The notes under the pieces: generated by a model
Told to the model about the DNA's origin: nothing
Database searches by the model: none
What the model saw: only the letters and a program-made list of their open reading frames with translations
IMG/VR virus record: IMGVR_UViG_3300044855_000025
Coordinates: 1-25,646 of that record
Direction: 5' to 3' (one strand)
From: a virus
Taxonomy: Duplodnaviria > Caudoviricetes
Length of the DNA stretch: 25,646 bases
Position numbers and translations under genes: made by a program
Shown here: positions 1 through 8,152 of the stretch, piece by piece
Layout: each line of letters starts with the position of its first letter
How positions within the stretch are numbered: the first letter of the stretch is position 1

Positions 1-148
1 AATCAACCCCTGACCCATCCCTAACAGGCAGGCCAATCGTGTAATCCGTCCCAGCACTATCTTTAACAATGAACGGAGCACCAGGGACAGGCACATAACC
101 ACCGAGTGATCGGAGGTTAGGCAGCTTCAGGTTAAGACCGAGCAACAT
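1..148 (-). CDS. Partial (N-terminal) putative head-spike fibre protein, Rcc01080-like N-terminus
   Basis: Not in the ORF track. ATG at 148-146 overlaps the TAA of the upstream gene (TAATG). The frame is open to the window edge: MLLGLNLKLPNLRSLGGYVPVPGAPFIVKDSAGTDYTIGLPVRDGSGVD. The LGLxLxL start and position after a spike-base gene resemble RcGTA Rcc01080. Confidence 0.55.
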   Translation of the reverse strand, partial: MLLGLNLKLPNLRSLGGYVPVPGAPFIVKDSAGTDYTIGLPVRDGSGVD

Positions 149-399
149 TACAGCAGTCCAACGATGTTGCTGGCAGTCGTGTTGGTTGACCAGACCCGTC
201 GAGCCATCACCGGCAGGATAACGCCAGCAGGGACGTTGTAGAAGATCACGCTTCCACCGCCGGTGTCGTTGATCCGCACGTTACCCGACCCGCCGATGTA
301 GAGCGCACGAACGGGCGCAACCAGATCAGAGTCGGCAGGAGTGATAGCAATGCAGTTGACTGCACAACTATCGGGTGTCGTTGAGAATGGTGCAGCCAT
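148..399 (-). CDS. Head spike base protein (RcGTA Rcc01079-like)
   Basis: 83 aa with the family pattern AITPxDxDL...RALYIGGSGNV...VIFxNVPAGxILPVxARRVxxTxTTASNIVGL. Confidence 0.8.
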   Translation of the reverse strand: MAAPFSTTPDSCAVNCIAITPADSDLVAPVRALYIGGSGNVRINDTGGGSVIFYNVPAGVILPVMARRVWSTNTTASNIVGLL

Positions 400-400
400 G

Positions 401-703
401 TTAGACCTCTACCCACGAACTGGATGATGTTGAAGAATCTTGCCACAAGTTAGTGACCGGAACAAACGTCGTGCCGCTACTGTCTTTGACTTCTCGCGGC
501 ACCACAAACTGAACAGCAGAACTCGATAAAACAATCAGCGAAGCCTGATACTGCACCCCGTTACTATCTCTGACCAGAAAACTAGATTCTGTCGGGTCAA
601 TACGAGTCCAAACATTACTGTCGCCTCGTACCTCTTGCCAGATCCCACCGCTGATCGGCAGCGAACTGAACGGTACTTCAGAGAATGCCGCAATCCCGAA
701 CAT
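401..703 (-). CDS. Virion structural/fibre-associated protein
   Basis: 100 aa with an MFGxxAFSExPFSSL N-terminus typical of genes following fibre genes in aquatic phages; coupled to the upstream gene by a TGATG overlap. Confidence 0.6.
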   Translation of the reverse strand: MFGIAAFSEVPFSSLPISGGIWQEVRGDSNVWTRIDPTESSFLVRDSNGVQYQASLIVLSSSAVQFVVPREVKDSSGTTFVPVTNLWQDSSTSSSSWVEV

Positions 704-2235
704 CAGAACGTCACTTCCGTCGTCTCAATCTTGCACGCCCACCGGATCGTCGTCGAAGCCTGACCAGTCACAGTTACCGCAAGGCAACCGTTAGTTGTGT
801 CGGCAGACAGAGCAACCGTCCATGTAGACGCTCCAGCATCCCCATACGGACTCGTCACTGTCGATCCTACCAATGTGGTTGATGCGTTAGTCAGACCTTT
901 CTTGATCTGACCGTCAAACGTCCACGATTTTGAATCACCACCTTCAACGGCAGCAATGACAGACCCTTTGAAGTAGTACGCACTATCAAACGGCAGTCGT
1001 AATTGATTTGATGTGGTTGCCGACGAAGTGTTAGACCGCAAGATGGTAGACAGCGCAGAGATAGTCACTGCACCAAGGATCAGCAAACCACCTTGAGAAG
1101 CCCCAGCTTTTGACGCTACTGGAGTCAAACACGCAGGGAATGCGTGATACCCAACAACACTCCTGGTTGACCCATACGCACCACCAAGAATCGCAGAATG
1201 AGAGGAGTTGGCTTGATGGTTTTGGCCTCCACCAACCACCGCATATGCGCCTGACGTGGTGTTTGTATACCCACCCAAAACAGCGGAGTATGAGCCACTA
1301 GCAACATTCAACTCTCCCCCAGCAACCGTAGCGTACGTGCCAATAGCTTCGTTACTCAGTCCACCACCAATTGCTGTATTGACAGCAGAGGCGACGTTCA
1401 ACCGTCCTCCAGCAATTGCAGCATAAGTTGCGCTTGCGGTGTTTTGCAGACCACCACCTGCCGATGAGTACCCACCAGACGCGACGTTTTCCCGGCCTCC
1501 GCCAACCATTGCGTAATCTGCGCTGGCTACATTCAACCGGCCTGCCGCAACACCGCTGGCAAGGTTGTTTGCTTGGTTATCTATGCCGCCGCCAATAAAG
1601 GAATTGTTGCCTGTTGCAAAGTTCCCAGCCCCCCCTACAACAGCACTGTAGGAATTGGAAGCCTTGTTGTCACTCCCGCCACCAAGAAAGGAGTAGTCGC
1701 CGCTTGCAACATTTGCAGCATTGAGCCTAAAACCAACTAAGTCAACGGCATATTGACCACGCTTATTACCACCAGCAGTCGTACCTGTCGGAACCTGTGC
1801 AAGCAGAGCACCAGTCCCTTTTTTTACTAACGCAAGGTCGCCGTTAGTCGTGGTAACGGCAGACGTAAGACTAGCGACATTTACCGTGGCATTAGGCGAG
1901 GCACTACTGATCTCACCCGTCACCGGCAGACTGTCAGTGCTTACTGACTTGCCAGCAGGGTAAGTACAGAACACATCCTTAACGCCAGACCCAAATCCGA
2001 CAAGACTTCCGTTGGCACTGCTTGCAAGAACGGTGTCTCGAGTCAGCGATCCGGCTCCGACCGTACCGATACCGACTTCCCAGTCAGCAGTTGATTGGAT
2101 GCAGTAATAGGTCGTGTTTCCAACCCCGATAGACGAGAAACCTTGATACCCCTGCACAGCACCCAGCAGGGAAATCGTCCCCGTTCCTTGGGTGGTCGTA
2201 GTCTCTTTGACGCGATCTTTCAGTACGAGCGCCAT
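703..2235 (-). CDS. Tail fibre / receptor-binding protein with beta-helix repeats
   Basis: 510 aa. It has a conserved MALVLKDRVKETTTT...WEVGIGT...KDVFCTYPA attachment domain, about 12 tandem 15-aa repeats (xNxASxxYSxxxGGx) and a C-terminal beta-rich head. Confidence 0.8.
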   Translation of the reverse strand: MALVLKDRVKETTTTQGTGTISLLGAVQGYQGFSSIGVGNTTYYCIQSTADWEVGIGTVGAGSLTRDTVLASSANGSLVGFGSGVKDVFCTYPAGKSVSTDSLPVTGEISSASPNATVNVASLTSAVTTTNGDLALVKKGTGALLAQVPTGTTAGGNKRGQYAVDLVGFRLNAANVASGDYSFLGGGSDNKASNSYSAVVGGAGNFATGNNSFIGGGIDNQANNLASGVAAGRLNVASADYAMVGGGRENVASGGYSSAGGGLQNTASATYAAIAGGRLNVASAVNTAIGGGLSNEAIGTYATVAGGELNVASGSYSAVLGGYTNTTSGAYAVVGGGQNHQANSSHSAILGGAYGSTRSVVGYHAFPACLTPVASKAGASQGGLLILGAVTISALSTILRSNTSSATTSNQLRLPFDSAYYFKGSVIAAVEGGDSKSWTFDGQIKKGLTNASTTLVGSTVTSPYGDAGASTWTVALSADTTNGCLAVTVTGQASTTIRWACKIETTEVTF

Positions 2236-2852
2236 TATCGACTCACTCGCATTGTCAACGGTGACGCACTGAACTCAGCATCATCGTCCGACTTCGTAAG
2301 ACTGTTGATGCCACGCTGATACAACGTCGCCCAGGTCTGCAACCGAGCATCGTTCATGAGATACGGCTCAGCCTCACCCAGCGAGCCATACAGCAAACAA
2401 TCCATCGCGTTCACCGTCCAGACGTTTGTCGTCTGCGTGCTTGAGAGGAAAGGTGGCGAAGCGTAATACAGCATATACAGCGTATACGCATTGTCAGGGT
2501 AGGGGGCGAACTTGAACTCGTCTGCCAGGATCGTGTATCGAGTTGGCTTGCCAGAGTACGTAGACTGCGCGTTGCTCGTGAACAGAGACGGAGTGAGGTA
2601 GATCACAGGCTGGAGCGGGTCTCCATCGATGTACAGGTCACGCATCTGGAGAAAGTCTGACGGTAGTTGCACCGTCGCATCGCCACTCGTGGTGGTAGTG
2701 GTGACGTTCTTCAGCATCTGACGGATGCGAAGCTCTCGACGTAAGCGAATCTCTGCCAGCCGAATGAAGTCAGGGATCTGGCTACTTAGATCGCTTCTTG
2801 CGAGATAGTTTGCGATTGCTGTTTGCAGATCGCTGTAGGTCGTGAGGGCCAT
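2235..2852 (-). CDS. Head-to-tail adaptor protein (podovirus type)
   Basis: 205 aa with YSDLQTAIANYLARSDLxxQIPDFIxLAExRLxRELR...LPSDFLQMR...LLYGSLxEAxPYLxND; located downstream of the capsid gene. Confidence 0.75.
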   Translation of the reverse strand: MALTTYSDLQTAIANYLARSDLSSQIPDFIRLAEIRLRRELRIRQMLKNVTTTTTSGDATVQLPSDFLQMRDLYIDGDPLQPVIYLTPSLFTSNAQSTYSGKPTRYTILADEFKFAPYPDNAYTLYMLYYASPPFLSSTQTTNVWTVNAMDCLLYGSLGEAEPYLMNDARLQTWATLYQRGINSLTKSDDDAEFSASPLTMRVSR

Positions 2853-3501
2853 GCTTTACATCATCCCATCCGAATGTCTTGACTCCGATATGCCCGATGT
2901 GCATCGACAATTCGTGGTCTACCCAGACAGGAATGTCGTTTTCCATGCAGCGGACACAGAAAGTGACGTCTTCCCCAATTACGTTCCCATGATCCGTCCA
3001 GATGATGTCAAACCAAGGACGGGGAACCTTCTCAAACACTTCTCTACTGACAAGCGTACACGCAAAACCGACCGCTGTCACCTGCTCAATTCCCTGCTTA
3101 CCCCGTGACTCTACCTTGTGCCACACCTGATACGGTTCGCCTTCAGGCTTGCCGTTCAACATCTCCCGCTCAATCTTGAGATTCAGCGCGGTAGGCAGAA
3201 TCGGCTCCCTCCTGGTAGTGGCATTAGTCCCGATCATCGACACCTGTCTTGACTGTAGGATCTCCAGCGCATTAGCAGGAAACCGTTGATCCGAGTCAAT
3301 CCACAACGTCTGATCTGCACCCCACTCCAGAGCCTCCGATGCCAGCTTCTCCCTTTGCGTAAAGATCAGCGTTCCCGGCATCTGCAACAACTGGATGTCG
3401 TTTACTCCACGCTTGGCCTCGTAAGCACACAGCCTAGCAAGGTCGAAACAGAATCCAGACATCACCTCGTCCCTGCATGGGACACAGATTGCAACTTTCA
3501 A
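2782..3501 (-). CDS. GT-A fold (GT2-like) glycosyltransferase
   Basis: N-terminal KVAICVP beta-strand, DxD motif (WIDSD), GFACTLVSREVF, catalytic-type GED motif and VWVD...IGHIG. Confidence 0.7.
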   Translation of the reverse strand: MKVAICVPCRDEVMSGFCFDLARLCAYEAKRGVNDIQLLQMPGTLIFTQREKLASEALEWGADQTLWIDSDQRFPANALEILQSRQVSMIGTNATTRREPILPTALNLKIEREMLNGKPEGEPYQVWHKVESRGKQGIEQVTAVGFACTLVSREVFEKVPRPWFDIIWTDHGNVIGEDVTFCVRCMENDIPVWVDHELSMHIGHIGVKTFGWDDVKHGPHDLQRSANSNRKLSRKKRSK

Positions 3502-3806
3502 ATATGCCCCGGATGAGTTCTGAAAAATCGGTTGTCAGGGTGGTTAAGAAAGGCTTTGAATGCCTTGTCATCAATAACTTTGAACCCTTTCAGGACGCGC
3601 TTGCGATTTAAGTCGTCGATAACCGTCAGCGGCAGGGTCGCAACGTGCGTTGCAAACTCCTTGAACGTGCCATCGGAGTCGTTAAATTTACGCTTGTTGG
3701 CTTCAATGATATGGGAAACATCCTGTCTTGTTTCCAATATCACACCGTCGTCAGTTTCGTGAGCGACAGTAACAGAGCCTTCGTTTACTGAAAATAATTT
3801 TGGCAT
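3498..3806 (-). CDS. Conserved small phage protein downstream of the major capsid gene
   Basis: Start moved to ATG 3806 (MPKLF...), just past the terminator. Carries QDVSxIIEANK and FLNxPDNRFFRTxPG motifs; ATGA overlap with the next gene. Confidence 0.65.
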   Translation of the reverse strand: MPKLFSVNEGSVTVAHETDDGVILETRQDVSHIIEANKRKFNDSDGTFKEFATHVATLPLTVIDDLNRKRVLKGFKVIDDKAFKAFLNHPDNRFFRTHPGHI

Positions 3807-3809
3807 ATT

Positions 3810-3840
3810 AAAAAGCGTCCCCATCCGAAGATAGGGACGC
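3810..3840 (-). terminator. Rho-independent terminator after the major capsid gene
   Basis: Minus strand reads GCGTCCCTATC-TTCG-GATGGGGACGC-TTTTT: an 11-bp stem (one U-G pair), cUUCGg tetraloop and U-tract, 15 nt after the capsid stop. Confidence 0.9.
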
Positions 3841-3855
3841 CCACTCAGTTAAGAG

Positions 3856-4800
3856 TTACAGCGCGGGATTTAGATCCGCAACGATAGCCGAAGCAGCTTC
3901 GTTCCGCATCTCGAGCGTAAACTCGCAAAGCAACTGCGTCTTTTCCGAGTCGCCGGTCTTTGCCAGATCATTCGTCTGGAACGGACGAAGATACGACAGA
4001 GCCATATACTCAGGATCAATCAGCAGCGCGTCACGAGTACGCATAAATCTATCAGGGACGATTGAAATTTGGCCGAAATCTCCCATATAAATTTCAGCCG
4101 CCCCGATAATTGTCGTCGGTTGATCTCCAGGAGCCATATAACGCTGTGCAGCGATACCGGCAAACGAACTGACCTTCTGCTTCAGACCGGAACCAACAAC
4201 CAGCATCGTCGGATTGCCACCCGAATCAAATACAGCAGCAATCTCGTCCTTCAGAAGCTGCTCGGTAAACGTACGAGTCGCGCCATCCGAACGGGTCGAA
4301 ACGCCGATAGTCGTCGGGTCAGTACCAGAAGTACCTTTCGACGTATTGGTTTTCAGCCAGGACAGAATTGCACCGAGTTTACGAGCAGACGATGACGAGC
4401 CAGCATCGCGGCCTTGGTTGGCAGTGATGATGGTTTCCATGTCCCTTTTAAGCTCACTCGATGCGCGGGCAAGCTGGTATGCGCGTTCCGAGCGCCTTCC
4501 TGCTTTGTTAACTGCCTCGAGCGTTCCTGAGGTTTGCACCACTTTCTGCACGATTTGGGTATAGTTCCCCAAACGAACCGTCGGGCTGATCGTCGCGGAA
4601 ACTCCATCGGCACCCTCGACTGCGGCATTCGCTGCGGTAGCGGCTGCAAGCGAATCAGTCTGCCATTCGTGAAACACAGCGGTCGCTTTGGTGCGAGCCA
4701 GAGTGCTCATGATCGGGGTTTCGGTCGGGCTGATGTCGTAGATGACATCGATCAAATCTTCGCGCTGGCCAATGGCCGTGTGTGCGGTAAAGGTAGGCAT
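3856..4800 (-). CDS. Major capsid protein (DUF5309/SU10-MCP-like)
   Basis: 314 aa with GQREDLxDVIYDISPTETP...HEWQTDSL...NYTQI...ELKRDME...LAKTGDSEK; follows the scaffold gene and precedes a strong terminator. Confidence 0.9.
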   Translation of the reverse strand: MPTFTAHTAIGQREDLIDVIYDISPTETPIMSTLARTKATAVFHEWQTDSLAAATAANAAVEGADGVSATISPTVRLGNYTQIVQKVVQTSGTLEAVNKAGRRSERAYQLARASSELKRDMETIITANQGRDAGSSSSARKLGAILSWLKTNTSKGTSGTDPTTIGVSTRSDGATRTFTEQLLKDEIAAVFDSGGNPTMLVVGSGLKQKVSSFAGIAAQRYMAPGDQPTTIIGAAEIYMGDFGQISIVPDRFMRTRDALLIDPEYMALSYLRPFQTNDLAKTGDSEKTQLLCEFTLEMRNEAASAIVADLNPAL

Positions 4801-4808
4801 GATGGACC

Positions 4809-5723
4809 TCAGTAATTGAATCGTTCAAACAATGAAGCTGCATCCCTGGCTTTGCCAGACTTACGCAGCCGGTTTCGTTCCTGCTTCGCTGCATCAGATT
4901 CAGGGTTTGAAACCTTGCCAGTTCCGGGCTTTAGCGTCTTAGGAGCCTCGGCAACACGCTTCGTTACCTCCGGCGACTTCGACACTAGCTTGCGGTACTG
5001 AGCGGCTTCCCACAAAACCTGAACAGCGCGTGAGTCATAAACCTGATTGAGTTCGCCTTCCGTAAAACCGACGTTCTGTGCATACGAGCGAATATCCCGT
5101 CGGACTTCTTCACCCTTCTGCGGATCGGCATACTCTGGAATGGCTTGCTGTAGTCGGGCCTGTTGCTCGGCAAGATACTGCTGGAGTTGCGTCTGACGCT
5201 CCGCTTGTTGCTTCTCGGCAATGCGTTGCTTTTCAGCCTGTACTGCGGCTAGTTGCTTGTCTCGCTGGACAGACTCTGCGACTTTCATCGCGTAGCCAAT
5301 CGGATCGGACTCTTTCAGTGACTCTAAATCTTCCGACTTGTTCTGCTCCGATAGAACCTTTTCAATCAGTTCCAATCGTTGAGCGTACTGGTCTCGGAGT
5401 TGTTTGGCTTGCTCGACAGCGGCTTTCTCAGCTTCGATTGCCTTCCGCTGTTCTGCTAAAGCCTGGGTTTTCTGAGTGTAATCAGTGCCAAGTTGATAGC
5501 TCTTAATCAGGTCGTCCAACGAAACTTCGCGTTCCTCACCTGCGGCTTTCACCCGGTAGCGCGGTGTTTCCTCGGCTTCCTGCTGCTCAACTACAACCTC
5601 CGTTTCCTGCTGCTGTGCCTCGGGAGTGGGCTGTTCGCCTTCCTCCGGCCCCATCAAGCCTAGAAACGCATTGGCTGCACTGTTTACATCCAGCGGGCCA
5701 CTTCCTTGCGGATTGGTGTCCAT
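4809..5723 (-). CDS. Capsid scaffolding protein
   Basis: 304 aa with an acidic N-terminus, VKAAGEEREVSLDDL...DYTQKTQALAE, a long Q/E/A coiled coil and a C-terminal RLRKSGKxxDAA; directly upstream of the capsid gene. Confidence 0.85.
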   Translation of the reverse strand: MDTNPQGSGPLDVNSAANAFLGLMGPEEGEQPTPEAQQQETEVVVEQQEAEETPRYRVKAAGEEREVSLDDLIKSYQLGTDYTQKTQALAEQRKAIEAEKAAVEQAKQLRDQYAQRLELIEKVLSEQNKSEDLESLKESDPIGYAMKVAESVQRDKQLAAVQAEKQRIAEKQQAERQTQLQQYLAEQQARLQQAIPEYADPQKGEEVRRDIRSYAQNVGFTEGELNQVYDSRAVQVLWEAAQYRKLVSKSPEVTKRVAEAPKTLKPGTGKVSNPESDAAKQERNRLRKSGKARDAASLFERFNY

Positions 5724-5731
5724 ATCACCCC

Positions 5732-5959
5732 TTAAAGTATCTTCCAGCGTTTACGCTTAATCTCGGCAGTGTCAACAATCGACTGAAAGTGATTAACAAC
5801 CGTGGTTAAGCATTTAATCATTCTATACGCATTTTCTCGTGCGTCAATATCTTGCTCGGACGAGTTAAGAATCAGGTCAATCTGCTCCTGTTTCAGCTTT
5901 TCCAGTTCACCCCGGAAATAATCGTCTCGCAGTAGATTCGCCGCCTGCTCTGGACTCAT
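5732..5959 (-). CDS. Small conserved protein between portal and scaffold
   Basis: 75 aa, helical (AANLLxDDYF...RENAY), ATGA-coupled to the portal gene. Confidence 0.7.
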   Translation of the reverse strand: MSPEQAANLLRDDYFRGELEKLKQEQIDLILNSSEQDIDARENAYRMIKCLTTVVNHFQSIVDTAEIKRKRWKIL

Positions 5960-8010
5960 CCCGGAATCTCGACGTTTTGCGTAATCCCAGCACCGACCTT
6001 CGCCGCCTTCAGTTGAGCCTCAACCGCAAACTCCTGCTGCTTCAGTTGTAGCTCTGCTGCGGCTTTCTCACGAGCCAGTTGAATGTCGGCTTGAGCCTTC
6101 ATCCGCTGCGTCTCAATCGCTGCCAGTGCCTTCTGTTGCTCGATCTGGATCTGGGCTTGCGCCTGAGCCATCATCGCGTCCAGAGCAGGATTAGACTGCT
6201 GCTGCGGAGGTGGATTGCTCAGTTGCTGGTCAAGTTCGGGGGGAATCTCTTTGAAAAACTCCGTCGAATCCTTCAGCCCCGCAGCCTCGATGAACCGTCC
6301 CAGCGTCGCCCGATACTGCCCGACAGAGACAAGCGGATTGGCAGGACCGTATTGTTGGAGAATCTGCTCTTGCTTCGACAGGATCATCTGAAGCATTGCC
6401 ATCTGCTCGTTCTTCGATCCGGTCCCGAGTCCGACACTGATTGAAACGTCGTACAAGTTCGACCACTCTCGCGGGTCCATCTCGACGAATTTGCCACGCA
6501 TCCGAATCAGACGGGGCTTGTCTTGGTACTTGCAGAGCAGATGCAGAATGCCCCGGAAAAGGCTCTTAACGCCCGTCTCAGCGAACAGACGAGCGATTAG
6601 CTCCATCTTGCCAGCACCGGCTTGCATCGTCGCTGCTACAGCCGCAGCCGTGACGTTTTGCAGGATGTTGGGATCGAGACCTTGCGAAGTCTCCGACACC
6701 CCAGACCGCTTGGCTTGCACCGAGTCAAAATAGCCCAGCATCGGGTAAGCGGAACCAGTGATGTCCGGCACCTGAATCGGAGCCACTGCACCAGTCGATT
6801 TCGTCCTGACAACACCACCAGGAGTGACGTTCAGCAAGTCATCCAGGTTCACCTGCCCGTCAACAACCTGCATCCTGGCGTTGTTGATGAGGTAGAGATT
6901 GTCCAGCATCTGCCGAGTGACCGTAGACTTGATTAGCTGAATGTCCATCGTCCGGTCTGCCAGCGACTGACCGAAGAACTTGTGCGGAATCGGGATCGGG
7001 CAGATCACGTGAAACGGCACGTAATCGGTCGGAATGTTGGCTTCCCGCCCGTCAGCGTAGGTCAGAATCGTACTGTTGGAGTAGAAAATCTGACGGAGTT
7101 CTGCAATCCCATCCTCGTCGTAATCGACGTAAAGATAAGACTCGTAGACCTCGACCTCTTGCATTGACTCGTCAAGACTGTCTTGCTCGTACGGTTCTTC
7201 ACCAGGAGAGTATCTAGCGATCCGCTCCTCGGTGAAGTCAAGACTGTTGTAGACGGGCAGCTTGTAAACCTCGTCCTTGTCGAACCCCATCTGAACGAGT
7301 TCCGACCGAGGCATCAGCCTGCGGTGCGCCATGAACGGTGATTTCGTCTCACCGAACCGCGCTTTCTTGCTGACGATCAGTTCTTCGGGAGGGATGCAGT
7401 CAATCTGAATCCTGCCCGACTTGGTTTTCTTGCGAACGACAACATTGTGCGAACGGGTAACCTGATCGACAACCGTCCCGTCCGGCATCTGCATCTGCGA
7501 TACGGATTCTTCCGTCTCCTGCCCGACGATCTCCATCGTACCGTCTGACAGTAGTAGGACGAGTTCCGTGTCCGACAGACCCCGGTAGGTTTCCTCGTCT
7601 ACTTCGATCTTTTCTTCCCAGACCGCTTTCACAGTCCCGGTCTTGGCAAGCAGCGCGTCCTTGAACCAGTCATGCAGGATGGCAAAACCGTTGTTGTCCT
7701 TGCTAAACACCCAATTAGCGTAGTCCGTCGCTTGTTTCGCCCCTTCCTCGTCTTGCGGTCCAACAGGTTCAAACCGGCCTATTTCGTCGCTGGCAGTAAA
7801 TACGCGGATGAGTTGCGGCAGCGCACCATCAATGACCTCTGCCACCTCGCCGGTAACGATCTGGCTGCGACCTTCTTGCTCGTTGCCGTAAGGGTTTCGC
7901 AGGTAGTAATTCAGTGCTTCGGCACGTTCTGCTGTGGTTTCGCTGTCCAGCATCCCGATAGCATCGTCGATCTCTGCTTGCAGAATGCCGGTGAGAGTCC
8001 CGTTATCCAT
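5956..8010 (-). CDS. Portal protein (P22/SU10-like, with C-terminal barrel coiled coil)
   Basis: 684 aa following TerL, with WFKDALLxKxG, PIPHKFFGxSLAD and LIARxFAETG motifs and a Q/A-rich helical C-terminus. Confidence 0.9.
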   Translation of the reverse strand: MDNGTLTGILQAEIDDAIGMLDSETTAERAEALNYYLRNPYGNEQEGRSQIVTGEVAEVIDGALPQLIRVFTASDEIGRFEPVGPQDEEGAKQATDYANWVFSKDNNGFAILHDWFKDALLAKTGTVKAVWEEKIEVDEETYRGLSDTELVLLLSDGTMEIVGQETEESVSQMQMPDGTVVDQVTRSHNVVVRKKTKSGRIQIDCIPPEELIVSKKARFGETKSPFMAHRRLMPRSELVQMGFDKDEVYKLPVYNSLDFTEERIARYSPGEEPYEQDSLDESMQEVEVYESYLYVDYDEDGIAELRQIFYSNSTILTYADGREANIPTDYVPFHVICPIPIPHKFFGQSLADRTMDIQLIKSTVTRQMLDNLYLINNARMQVVDGQVNLDDLLNVTPGGVVRTKSTGAVAPIQVPDITGSAYPMLGYFDSVQAKRSGVSETSQGLDPNILQNVTAAAVAATMQAGAGKMELIARLFAETGVKSLFRGILHLLCKYQDKPRLIRMRGKFVEMDPREWSNLYDVSISVGLGTGSKNEQMAMLQMILSKQEQILQQYGPANPLVSVGQYRATLGRFIEAAGLKDSTEFFKEIPPELDQQLSNPPPQQQSNPALDAMMAQAQAQIQIEQQKALAAIETQRMKAQADIQLAREKAAAELQLKQQEFAVEAQLKAAKVGAGITQNVEIPG

Positions 8011-8152
8011 TTACCACCTCGCGCCTAAAATACTTCCGCTTCTCTGGATCTTTTGTCTCCAGTTCAGCGAGTTTCTTCTCTAGTTCAGCAACCTTGCGTT
8101 GTAGTTCTTCAAATTCGCGCTTCTGAACGATGAAACCTTGTGGCATTAGCAT
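8003..8152 (-). CDS. Small coiled-coil protein (49 aa)
   Basis: Not in the ORF track. Translates as MLMPQGFIVQKREFEELQRKVAELEKKLAELETKDPEKRKYFRREVVNG. It has a TGATG overlap with terL, overlaps the portal start and fills the gap exactly. Confidence 0.7.
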   Translation of the reverse strand: MLMPQGFIVQKREFEELQRKVAELEKKLAELETKDPEKRKYFRREVVNG

